A stretch of DNA of 31,238 nucleotides, taken from assembly GCA_023261815.1 (NCBI GenBank), contig JALNKA010000012.1:1-31238 (forward strand). Direction: 5' to 3'. Shown in pieces: positions 19,639-28,320 of this stretch. Source of the DNA: Candidatus Wolframiiraptor sinensis (GTDB lineage: Archaea > Thermoproteota > Nitrososphaeria_A > Caldarchaeales > Wolframiiraptoraceae). The notes under the pieces were generated by a model. The model was not told the DNA's origin. It saw only the letters and a list, made by a program, of their open reading frames with translations, and searched no databases. The position numbers were made by a program, and so were the translations under genes. The stretch's first letter is position 1. Every line of letters starts with the position of its first letter.

Positions 19639-20211
19639 TTACTCGATCTTTATCTTCAGCCCGGACTCTCCTTTTCCGACCTTCTTCAGAATAACCTCAA
19701 GAACGCCGTTCTTGTACGTGGCCTTGGCGGATTGCGGATCAACCTCAGTCGGCAAATCAACCTCCTTGTAGTATTTCCTCTGAGGAGTATCCACTTTTAT
19801 GATGAGCCTCCTCTCGGTCGCGTTCAGGTTTATGTCATCTTTCTCCACTCCCGGAACCTCCGCGATGACCTTTATCACGTCCTCCTCCTCGAAGACGTCC
19901 ACAAGCGGCTCCCTCGCCTCGCTCACCTCGACCATCTCGGGCTCCCTTCCCGGCCTAATATTCCCGAACTCCCTTATTATCGGTCTCCCATCAGGGCCTA
20001 TCGTGATCGAGTAGCCATATACTATCGGCCCTATCTCTCTGATGTAGCCGCGATCAGTCCTCTTCTCCCTGATCAGGCTTCTCGGTATCTCGCGCTCGAG
20101 ATCCTCGAAAGACCTGGAGAACATTTCATCTAGCTCCCGCATCATCCTCTCCATTTCATCGAATATCCTACCGAAGGGCGACCTCCTTCTCCACCATCTC
20201 TCCCAGGACAT
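19639..20211 (-). CDS. hsp20: Small heat shock protein (archaeal Hsp20)
   Basis: GPIVYGYSITIGPDG, EPLVDV, AEVPGV, YKNGVLEV and a C-terminal IxI motif. Confidence 0.93.
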   Translation of the reverse strand: MSWERWWRRRSPFGRIFDEMERMMRELDEMFSRSFEDLEREIPRSLIREKRTDRGYIREIGPIVYGYSITIGPDGRPIIREFGNIRPGREPEMVEVSEAREPLVDVFEEEDVIKVIAEVPGVEKDDINLNATERRLIIKVDTPQRKYYKEVDLPTEVDPQSAKATYKNGVLEVILKKVGKGESGLKIKIE

Positions 20212-20438
20212 AATCTCGCACCGTAGCCTCACTCCTGAAGCCCCCTAATAACCTTTTAGAGAACCCCTAGCTCGAGATCTCGAGACCCATGATCTCGAAA
20301 GAGGTATCTTCGGAAAACGCGGTCTTTCCTCCAGCATCCTTAGCCACGACCTGTTCGGAATCGCTTTAATTGTCAATGTAGGCTTTTTCTCGGCTAAAGG
20401 AATTCTTATCTAGCCCTCCGGGGAATGCGGACTCAGCC

Positions 20439-21095
20439 TTGAAGCCGGGAGAGAAAAACGATCTGGGGGTAAGAATTATCCAGGAGGATGTGGATCGCGC
20501 CGAGATTATTCGAAGAACTAGGGAGACTGAGGTCTTCTGCAGGATCGAGGTTGGGCCGAGGAGGGAGTGGAGGATAAGCACGGGAATTGACTTCCTAGAT
20601 CATATGATCGAGATCCTGGCCTTTTACTCAGGGCTGAACATAGACTTGGAGGTGAAATCCGGGAGGAGGCTCCAGCACACGGTGGCCGAGGACGCGGGAA
20701 TAGCGCTGGGCAGGGCGCTGCGGGCCATGGCGCTCCGGAGGATCGAGGCGCAGGGCATAATGGGGTTCGGCTTCAGCCAGGGAATGCTCGACGAGGCATA
20801 CTCCGAGGCGAGGATATCCTTTGAGGGCAGAGCCGGATGCTACATCCATAGGTGCTCGGAGGCGGGCTACTTCGGCATCGTCGAGGGGATCGAGGAATCA
20901 TTTCTCGAGGCATTCTTCCAGGGTTTCTCGCAGGGCATGGGGGCAACGATCCAGATAGAGCTCAGGAGAGGCAAGGACTCGCATCACCTCTGGGAGTCGG
21001 CATTCAGGGCATTTGGAAATGCTCTCAGAATGCTCTTGAGCGTGGATGAGTGGAAGAGAGGGAGCATAGCCGGAGTAAAGGAGATCCCCGAATAA
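20439..21095 (+). CDS. hisB: Imidazoleglycerol-phosphate dehydratase (HisB)-like protein, divergent
   Basis: RRTRET, TGIDFLDHMI, MLDEA and DSHHLWESAF. The first HHxxE motif is altered to HTVAE. Confidence 0.75.
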   Translation: MKPGEKNDLGVRIIQEDVDRAEIIRRTRETEVFCRIEVGPRREWRISTGIDFLDHMIEILAFYSGLNIDLEVKSGRRLQHTVAEDAGIALGRALRAMALRRIEAQGIMGFGFSQGMLDEAYSEARISFEGRAGCYIHRCSEAGYFGIVEGIEESFLEAFFQGFSQGMGATIQIELRRGKDSHHLWESAFRAFGNALRMLLSVDEWKRGSIAGVKEIPE

Positions 21096-21099
21096 GCCT

Positions 21100-22431
21100 C
21101 TAGCCGCCCCTCACCCTGACCTTCATCGACTGGGCATGCGCTGGGAACCCCTCATAATCCGCGAGAGAAACCACTGTCTCCAGCATCCTCTTGAGCCCCC
21201 TAGCCCCCCTAACCTCCTCGATCGTGGGCTTCTTCAAGAAAACGTCAACGCTTAAGCCTGAGTACAGCCTCGCGTAGCCGCCCGTGGGCAGGGTTGCATT
21301 CGGCCCCACGCCGTAATTGCCGGCGGAGATAGGCGTATTGAGGCATAGGGTTCCAAAGTTTCTGAGCCTGTTCCTGATCTTCCTGAAAATGCTCCGAGCA
21401 TTTTTGCTATCTATTAGGAGGTGCTCCGCAGCATACCTGTTCATGAATTCGATCGCTTCATCCAGGTTCTCGACGACTATTATCGCGCTGTACTTCCTTG
21501 CGTTCTCCATGACGTAGCTCCTCCTCGGCTCCGGGAGAGCCTCAACGGCCTTATCCAGCTCCTCGGAGACGCGCACAGCATATTCCATGGAGGTCGTTAG
21601 GAGGATCGCGGCGGAATCCGGCCCATGCTCCGCCTCATTCAAGAAATCCCATGCAACCCACTCGGGTGGAAGAGTTCCATCAGCATATACTAGGGCCTCG
21701 CTCGGGCCGGCCGGCACATCGATCCTAACCACATCCCTCACCATGAGCTTCGCGGCGTAGGTGTAAGGGCCGCCGGGGCCTGCAACGACCTCAACTGGCT
21801 TAACGATGCTCGTCCCGTACGCGAAAGCGGCGATCGCGTGAGCGCCCCCCATGATGTAGAACTCGCTCGCCCCGGAGAGATGAGCAGCGACGAGAGTCGC
21901 TGGGTCCATCCTCATCTCATTCTGGTATGGCGGCGAGGCCACGGCTATCCTCGGAACCCCCGCGACGCTCGCTGGAACTGTGACCATGACCGCGACCGAC
22001 GGGTACGTGGCCTTGCCTGATGGAACGTAGAGGCCGGCGGAGGCTAGCGGGATCACGAGCTGGCCAGCATAAACTCCATCCTCAACCTTCATCATCCAGC
22101 TTCGGGGCAGCTGCCTCCTATGAAAACTCCTAACATTCTTGATCATGTGCTTTATCGCCTTGAGAACTTTCCGGTCGATCTCCTTGTAGGCCCTCCCAAC
22201 ATCCTCCTCCCTCACGACGATTTCCTCGGGCTTAACAGCCCTGCCGACCTGGCTCGAGAGAAACTCCGCTATCGCCTCATCACCACGCGCCCTAACATCC
22301 TCGATTATCCGCCTAACATCGGCCTCAACACCGCTTATATCGATCCTAGATCTATCGAGAATGCGCCTAAGCTCATTTTCCGGGATCTCACGAAGAGCAT
22401 AGATCGGGAAAACCGGCATATCGCCATACAA
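21100..22431 (-). CDS. hisD: Histidinol dehydrogenase (HisD)-family protein, variant active site
   Basis: GLYVPSG, GGAHAIAAFAYGT, AGPSE, EAEHG, AAEHL, LPTGG and HA. The start may be ATG 22419. Confidence 0.8.
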   Translation of the reverse strand: MYGDMPVFPIYALREIPENELRRILDRSRIDISGVEADVRRIIEDVRARGDEAIAEFLSSQVGRAVKPEEIVVREEDVGRAYKEIDRKVLKAIKHMIKNVRSFHRRQLPRSWMMKVEDGVYAGQLVIPLASAGLYVPSGKATYPSVAVMVTVPASVAGVPRIAVASPPYQNEMRMDPATLVAAHLSGASEFYIMGGAHAIAAFAYGTSIVKPVEVVAGPGGPYTYAAKLMVRDVVRIDVPAGPSEALVYADGTLPPEWVAWDFLNEAEHGPDSAAILLTTSMEYAVRVSEELDKAVEALPEPRRSYVMENARKYSAIIVVENLDEAIEFMNRYAAEHLLIDSKNARSIFRKIRNRLRNFGTLCLNTPISAGNYGVGPNATLPTGGYARLYSGLSVDVFLKKPTIEEVRGARGLKRMLETVVSLADYEGFPAHAQSMKVRVRGG

Positions 22432-22530
22432 TCAAAAAGCGATAACATAAACGTTAAACATGCCCAAAAGTCAAGCAGAGAAAAACATGGCGCAATAAGC
22501 TCTAAGGAGAATTAGAAATCGAAAGCCGTG

Positions 22531-22605
22531 CGGGCCCGGTGGGATTTGAACCCACGATTTGCGGCTTAGGAGGCCGCCGCCTTATCCATGCTAGGCCACG
22601 GGCCC
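22531..22605 (-). tRNA. tRNA-Arg (anticodon CCU), no intron, CCA not encoded
   Basis: GGGCCCG acceptor stem, anticodon stem GCGGC/GCCGC with loop CTCCTAA, T-loop GTTCAAAT, and TATA TTTATATTTTAAG about 25 nt upstream. Confidence 0.96.
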
Positions 22606-22661
22606 GTCCAAGACGTCTGCTAAAGACTTAAAATATAAACTTACAGTAGGGCGGCGGCGAA

Positions 22662-22712
22662 CACGATGATGAGCTTTGCCTCGGGCTTGTTGATATTGGA
22701 TTTAGCTGAGCG
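22662..22712 (+). ncRNA. Candidate C/D box guide sRNA
   Basis: Box C ATGATGA 22666-22672, degenerate D'/C' (CGGG / TGTTGA) and box D CTGA 22706-22709. Intergenic, with TATAAA at 22634-22639. Confidence 0.55.
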
Positions 22713-22921
22713 GGGCGCTAACCCACCTCGTTTTTGAAACGTGCCTGCAGGTTGCCTTGATAATGGTTTTAAGCGATCTGCAGGATTTTTCCTAAATTCA
22801 TGCTTCTATAGGCTGTTTATCGCGATTCCTAGTCAGAGCAGGTTATCGTCTTTGAATCAGCACTACTCTTTCGCATCCGAAGGCTCTTTAGGCTTTTTTA
22901 GCCATGCGGTCGAGGGCTTGC

Positions 22922-23338
22922 TTAAGCTTGCCGCCGTCGTGTGATGTCGCTTACGCTAATCGCTTCGATGAGGCTCTTCGCTTTTTCCCTTAATTCAGAA
23001 TCCTCGGTTACAAGCACCAAGTTGTTCTTGTCCGCTAAAACCACATAGGAGGCATCATAGGCAGTGATCTTCAGCTTGCTCGCAGTTGCCAGAATCTCAT
23101 ATTCATAAGGATGCGGGCTCAAGATTTTCACAACATCCACGCAATCGCTTAATATCTTGATCATCTCATAAGCATCCTCAGGGCTGATACTGCCTATTAG
23201 AGATGCCTCCTTCCATAATGCATTGGCTGCCTCGTAGATCGTAAGCCACTGAATGTAGTTATTATTAAGCGGCCCCAGTTTTCTGAGCTTTAGTAGACAT
23301 AATAGGGAAGATGCATCGAAAAGGAGCTCATCCCTCAT
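22922..23338 (-). CDS. vapC: PIN-domain toxin (VapC family)
   Basis: LFDASSL, YEAANALWK, ITAYDASYV and LVTED. Confidence 0.9.
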   Translation of the reverse strand: MRDELLFDASSLLCLLKLRKLGPLNNNYIQWLTIYEAANALWKEASLIGSISPEDAYEMIKILSDCVDVVKILSPHPYEYEILATASKLKITAYDASYVVLADKNNLVLVTEDSELREKAKSLIEAISVSDITRRRQA

Positions 23339-23343
23339 TTAAG

Positions 23344-23574
23344 TCACCTGATCTCTCTATCCTCTCGAATCACCCGCACTATCCTATTTACATCAAGCTT
23401 GTCAAGAGCGTCCTCAAGCTTCTCAAGCCTTTTCTCGAGCTCCTCAAGCTTACGTCTCCTAACCTCTTCCTCCAGCGCACATTTAAGCACCTCAGAGATC
23501 TTCACACCGAGCCGCTCCGCTTCCTCCTTTAGCTCCTTCCGAACCTTTGCAGAAACCGTCACATATCTTCCCAT
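23344..23574 (-). CDS. vapB: Antitoxin (VapB/CcdA-like, RHH type)
   Basis: VTVSAKV...ISEVLKCALEEEV...IREDRE; 76 aa, immediately upstream of the PIN gene. Confidence 0.8.
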   Translation of the reverse strand: MGRYVTVSAKVRKELKEEAERLGVKISEVLKCALEEEVRRRKLEELEKRLEKLEDALDKLDVNRIVRVIREDREIR

Positions 23575-23666
23575 ATCCCTAAGTGGTAGTAACAATGGGT
23601 AGTAAATAAGGGTTTACCTATTTTGTCGAGAAGTAGCCTTGCAACCCTCCGGAGATGTATAGTCCG

Positions 23667-24467
23667 CTATAGTGATGTGGCGGCTGCGGCGAGTAGTATT
23701 GCTCCGAGGCTCGTCGAGATGAGGTTTACCATGTGCGTGTTGATCCATTTGAGCCCTGAGATGTGTTCCGCGGGCTGCTCGCAGTGGTGCGGGTTCTCGA
23801 CGATTTTCCCGCATTCCCGGCACCTGTATTTTCCCTGTATTCCGGCTCCGAGGAGGCTGTCTATCGTCGTCCCGATTATTCCAACCGGGATCAGCATTAT
23901 GGCTAGATGCGGTGGGGCAGCTCCGAGCATCCAGGAGATGGCTGCCATGATCAGGAGGGCCATGATGCATCCGAGGTATCCGTGGGGCGAGACCGCTCCC
24001 GGAGTCCCCTTCTCAACGCTCTTGAAGTTGGTTATGAGCCTGGGCTTCCCGCGGTAAAATAATCCTATCTCGGTTGCCAGGGTGTCGGCGAACGCGGTGC
24101 CGACGGCGCCCAAGTATCCCGCCGCCATAATCCTTTCATCGCATAGTAGGAGCCTCGAGATGAGTATGGTTAGCGTTGGAGCGAGCCCGTTTGCCAGCAC
24201 GTTTCTCCAGCTCCTAATCCAGTCCTTATCTATTGGTAACTCTCCGATGATTCTCACCCTGAGTCTCGTGACCGCGGATGAGATTATGAAGAACGCTAGC
24301 AGTATCGCGAAGTAGCTTAGGCCGCCGAGGATGATGATCGCGTAGCCGATGATTATTGAGGCCGCTACGCCCTTCTTGTCGAGGAACCTGAGCTTGAGCG
24401 AGAGCGCCGCGATCGCCGCGAGGATTACGGCCGCCTGCACGTGCGCCAGCGGGCTTATGGGCATCAA
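23667..24467 (-). CDS. DUF92 (TIGR00297) membrane protein
   Basis: RSWRNVLANG, ADTLATEIG, GTPGAVS, DSLLGA, CxxC and VNLIST. Confidence 0.88.
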   Translation of the reverse strand: MMPISPLAHVQAAVILAAIAALSLKLRFLDKKGVAASIIIGYAIIILGGLSYFAILLAFFIISSAVTRLRVRIIGELPIDKDWIRSWRNVLANGLAPTLTILISRLLLCDERIMAAGYLGAVGTAFADTLATEIGLFYRGKPRLITNFKSVEKGTPGAVSPHGYLGCIMALLIMAAISWMLGAAPPHLAIMLIPVGIIGTTIDSLLGAGIQGKYRCRECGKIVENPHHCEQPAEHISGLKWINTHMVNLISTSLGAILLAAAATSL

Positions 24468-24468
24468 A

Positions 24469-25758
24469 TCAGCTCAAAACCTCCCTTATGCGATTCTCAT
24501 CCCCTAGGCTGACCTCCTGCTGGATGCCCCTCTCCAAGTCCTTAATGGAGATCTTCCCTTCCTCTTCCTCCCTCTCCCCAATTATGACGAGATACCTCAT
24601 GCCGTTCTTCAGCGCGTATTCTATCGCGGCCGGCACCCTCCTCCCCCTAACATCGACTTCAACAGAGTAGCCGATTCTCCGAAGAGCGTGCGCGACCCTC
24701 ATCACGTAGCCGGATGAGGCGCCTGAAACCCATGCCAGAAATATCTTGGGCCTCCGGGGCCTGGGCTTCTCGACCCCCCTATCCATGATGTACTGCATTA
24801 TCCTCGTTATCCCTATCGCGCATCCGACGGCCGGCGTAGGCTTACCGCCGAAGAGCTCGATCAGCTTATCATATCTGCCCCCACCATTCAGTGAGATCTG
24901 GATGTCACTGACGCCCTGCTCGAATATGAATCCATCATAGTAGCTTAGACCCCTCGCCATCCCGGGGCAGATGATGATCCTCGAGCTGACGCCTCCCTCC
25001 TCCGCGACCTCCACGATCTCCCGGAGCCTCTCCAGGCATCTTCTAGACTCATCCCAGGGAGAGAGGATGTCCTCCGCCTGCTGGAATACCTCTTGGCCTG
25101 AACCGCTTAAGCTCGCGAGTCTTTTGATCGCCTCAGCGGCTTCATCGCTTGCGCCGACCTCCCTCGCGTAGTCAATGGCCTGCTCGAGCATCCCCCTATC
25201 AATCATCGATAAGATCACGTCTTGCTTATCCTCATTTACTCCCTCGCTTCCGAGCATTTTCCTGAGAATCCCCACGTGCCCAACCTTGAAGAAGTGTTCT
25301 CTCAACCCGATCCTATTGAAGACGTCGTGGCTGACTTGGAGTATCTCTGCGTCGGCAAGCGGGCTATCGCTTCCAATCAGCTCGAATCCTCCCTGCCAGA
25401 ACCTCCTCCTCCTGCCCCACTGGGGCTCATCATATCTATAGCAGTCCGCGATGTATCCCAGCCTGAGAGGGAGAGGCCATGCCTTCAGCTTCGTCGCGAT
25501 GAGCCTGGCTATCGAGGCCGTCACCTCAGGCCTCAGAACGAGCCTCCTCCCAGCCTTATCCACGAAATCGAACATCCTCTCCCTGATCTCCTCGCCGCTC
25601 TTCGCTGCGAAGAGCTCGTAGTATTCCACCGTCGGGGTCTCTACCTCGAGATAGCCGTAAAGCGCGAAAACCTCCCTGATAACGTCCTCTATCCTCCTCT
25701 TCAAGGACATCTCATCGGGGAGAAGATCATCCATGCCCCTCGGCGTATCCAAGAGCAT
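24469..25758 (-). CDS. hisS: Histidyl-tRNA synthetase
   Basis: PRGMDD, LRPEVTAS, YRYDEPQ, ARGLSYYDG, GGGRYD and an anticodon domain. Start placed at ATG 25758; 25797 is an alternative. Confidence 0.95.
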   Translation of the reverse strand: MLLDTPRGMDDLLPDEMSLKRRIEDVIREVFALYGYLEVETPTVEYYELFAAKSGEEIRERMFDFVDKAGRRLVLRPEVTASIARLIATKLKAWPLPLRLGYIADCYRYDEPQWGRRRRFWQGGFELIGSDSPLADAEILQVSHDVFNRIGLREHFFKVGHVGILRKMLGSEGVNEDKQDVILSMIDRGMLEQAIDYAREVGASDEAAEAIKRLASLSGSGQEVFQQAEDILSPWDESRRCLERLREIVEVAEEGGVSSRIIICPGMARGLSYYDGFIFEQGVSDIQISLNGGGRYDKLIELFGGKPTPAVGCAIGITRIMQYIMDRGVEKPRPRRPKIFLAWVSGASSGYVMRVAHALRRIGYSVEVDVRGRRVPAAIEYALKNGMRYLVIIGEREEEEGKISIKDLERGIQQEVSLGDENRIREVLS

Positions 25759-25862
25759 CAACCCAACCCGTTCAATCCTAATAATATCCATTTCCACTCG
25801 GGGAAGCCGCGCGATCTCCTTCTATCCGCGCCGCCTCGCAAAAGATCGGAACAAAACTCCTT

Positions 25863-27506
25863 CTAAGATCTTCCGCCGGAGGCCATGTATTCCGCCAGAT
25901 TCACGATCAAGTTATAGTTATCCTCGAGGTAGCAGTATGGCTCCGTCAGGAATGTTACATCGCCTATCGCGATAACGGTGCCATTGCTCCTCGAGAGCGC
26001 TATGACGCTATATCTCCCAGGCTTCTCGCTCTGGGATGAGTAAGTACTCTCTGGAGGCCACGCTACCCCATAATCATCAGAGCGTATGTGTGTGGCCGTG
26101 AAGAGGATGAGCGCCCCGATATTCCTCGTCAAGGCGTTATCCGCGAACTCGGTCACATATATGTTCCTGTAGACTCCATAATGCTGCTCCTCATTATACA
26201 GGTAGCCGCTCGCGTAAGACATTCCAAACGCGTTGGCGATCGAGTTTATCGCCTTGATGTATTCCGGCGACCTAGAGTATTCCGTGGCCGGGTCATAGAG
26301 GAGCACGAGGATGCCGCCATCTCCCACGAAGCGCTTCACGTCCTCGATCTCCCCCCTCGAGTAGGATGTCGTCGGCAGCGCTATTATCAGGGCAGTGGTG
26401 TTGCGAAGCCTCTCCCTCAGCTCCCTCCAATCTCCGACGAATTCTACGGTCATGTTCCTCCTCACAAGCTCCCATGCTAGGACCTCGAGCTCAAGCCACG
26501 TTATCCTATTCCCGTGAGACGCGTCCATCAGGATGCTTTTACCGCCGCCGACTCTCATGACATTTTCAATGATATCCCTCGCGCGATCCCGCTCCACATT
26601 CATCTCAAGCTTCTCAGGCGGCAAATACAGGTAATATATCGCCGGGGGCGGATTCATGATGCTCAGTGCCCGCAGATCCAGAGTATTCCAGGCCTGCTGG
26701 GAGCTGTTCAGCGCGCTCCTCATACTTTCCATCGCAGCCTCGGCTCCCCTCGATAACTCCACGACATCATACTCGGTTAAGCCCGCCATGCTAGCGGCCT
26801 TCTCCACCGCCCTCTGCGGCGAGCCTATTTCATCGACCAAGCCTAGCGAGACCGCCTCAACGCCGCTGTAAACCTTTGCCCTCCTCAACTCGGCATCCGG
26901 GAGCTTTAGGCGATCCCCCCTGCCGAGCTTCACGGCCGACACGAAGTTATCCAAGACTACCTTGATCTCCATGGGGAAGGAGAGCACAGACATTCCAGAC
27001 ATCTTGTAAACGCCGCTCTCGAAAACCTGCTCGGAGAGGGGCTGCGCCTGCGGCCACTGAGCTATAACGCCGATATTGCCGACGCGGAATGATGGGAGGG
27101 CGTAAATATAATCCGAGGCCACGGCGATGTAGTATCCCCCGGAGAGAGCTCTTATGGCCGACGCCACGAGAGGCTTAACCCTCTTCAGCTCGAGCAACTC
27201 CATGTAGATGTGCTCTATCTGAGTCACCTCACCCCCAGGAGAATCAATGACCAAGACAACGGCCTTCATCGAGTCATTTCTCAACGCCTCCCGTATCTCC
27301 TCGACGTAAGCGCGGGTCACGTCGGATGATAAGATCGGCCCCTCTATCCTCAATACGACCACAAGCGGCTTAACCTCCCTGCGCGGGAATGATGGCAAGA
27401 CGGCGGCGTATATGAGGTAAAATACACTCGAAGCTCCAATGAATATGCAGAGGAGAATAATGAGCAGAAGCCTTTTCCTGCCAAGGCTCATGGTCAAACC
27501 ACACAT
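25863..27506 (-). CDS. S49 (SppA-like) peptidase fused to a C-terminal GldG/DUF4350-like domain
   Basis: N-terminal TM helix, IDSPGG, ALSGGYYIA, VGNIGV, GVYK and GLVDEIG. The second half has ILMDASHGN, FVGDGG and VIAIGD. Confidence 0.75.
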   Translation of the reverse strand: MCGLTMSLGRKRLLLIILLCIFIGASSVFYLIYAAVLPSFPRREVKPLVVVLRIEGPILSSDVTRAYVEEIREALRNDSMKAVVLVIDSPGGEVTQIEHIYMELLELKRVKPLVASAIRALSGGYYIAVASDYIYALPSFRVGNIGVIAQWPQAQPLSEQVFESGVYKMSGMSVLSFPMEIKVVLDNFVSAVKLGRGDRLKLPDAELRRAKVYSGVEAVSLGLVDEIGSPQRAVEKAASMAGLTEYDVVELSRGAEAAMESMRSALNSSQQAWNTLDLRALSIMNPPPAIYYLYLPPEKLEMNVERDRARDIIENVMRVGGGKSILMDASHGNRITWLELEVLAWELVRRNMTVEFVGDWRELRERLRNTTALIIALPTTSYSRGEIEDVKRFVGDGGILVLLYDPATEYSRSPEYIKAINSIANAFGMSYASGYLYNEEQHYGVYRNIYVTEFADNALTRNIGALILFTATHIRSDDYGVAWPPESTYSSQSEKPGRYSVIALSRSNGTVIAIGDVTFLTEPYCYLEDNYNLIVNLAEYMASGGRS

Positions 27507-27687
27507 GCCAGCGCCACACGCACCTAAAAATAATATAAGCGTTCCTTATTTCGGCGTAAGAATGTGCCAGCTTCTATCAGGAGAAGATTTGATTGCGAGA
27601 ATTCTAAGAAAAAGGAATTTTAACGCTGCTAAGACATTCGTCAAGAGCGCTTATAAGCGCTAAGCGCGGATTGATGTTACGCTCAGT

Positions 27688-28308
27688 TTATTGAGTGAAG
27701 TAATGTATTGTTAACAAGCTGGCCACATTTTTAATGAATTTATGTTTGTAGCCGCATTCGATCATTCTATCCACTATTGGGCCTTCTGAGCCGTGAACTT
27801 CTACGATGTACTGCTTGGCCAGCCTTATATCTTCGGTGGATAACTTGATTAGGGAGTATTCGCATCCCTCGCAATCCATCTTAACGAGGTCTATTCTCCC
27901 CTCCCCTCGAAATACTTCTCTCAAGATATCGCTTAAATGCCTCACTCTAATTGTAACGGGCGCTCCGGCAGCCGTTCTCAATCCCGTTCCAGCCCCCTCA
28001 TAATTCACGTTGAGCGCCGTCTCGCGGAACCAGGCTCCATAGTTCATCGGTATTACGCGGCCCATCGCGTTGTTCCTGAGAATATTCCTCTGCAGGTAGC
28101 GGTAATGCCTATCCACGGGCTCGAGCGCATAGACTCGATGAGCGCCCCTGGATAAGAAGAACATGGCCGTCTCCCTAATATACGCCCCAATATCTACGAC
28201 AACCGCACCTCTAACATCGACAAATCCATAATGAATGAAATATAATCTCGCGGTGTGGGGGGTGGTTTTGGTGTGGGCAATCTCCCATGCCATCGGCGGA
28301 GAATTCAT
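27688..28308 (-). CDS. FkbM-family methyltransferase, possibly degenerate
   Basis: VVVDIGAY, VYALEP, KMDCEGCE and VEVH. The SAM-motif Gly is replaced by Arg (GAYIRET). Confidence 0.7.
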   Translation of the reverse strand: MNSPPMAWEIAHTKTTPHTARLYFIHYGFVDVRGAVVVDIGAYIRETAMFFLSRGAHRVYALEPVDRHYRYLQRNILRNNAMGRVIPMNYGAWFRETALNVNYEGAGTGLRTAAGAPVTIRVRHLSDILREVFRGEGRIDLVKMDCEGCEYSLIKLSTEDIRLAKQYIVEVHGSEGPIVDRMIECGYKHKFIKNVASLLTIHYFTQ

Positions 28309-28320
28309 GGCCCCGTGATG

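Noticed and set aside
22531-23600. tRNA-integrated element around VapBC
   Set aside because: No integrase and no duplicated tRNA end are seen in the window.
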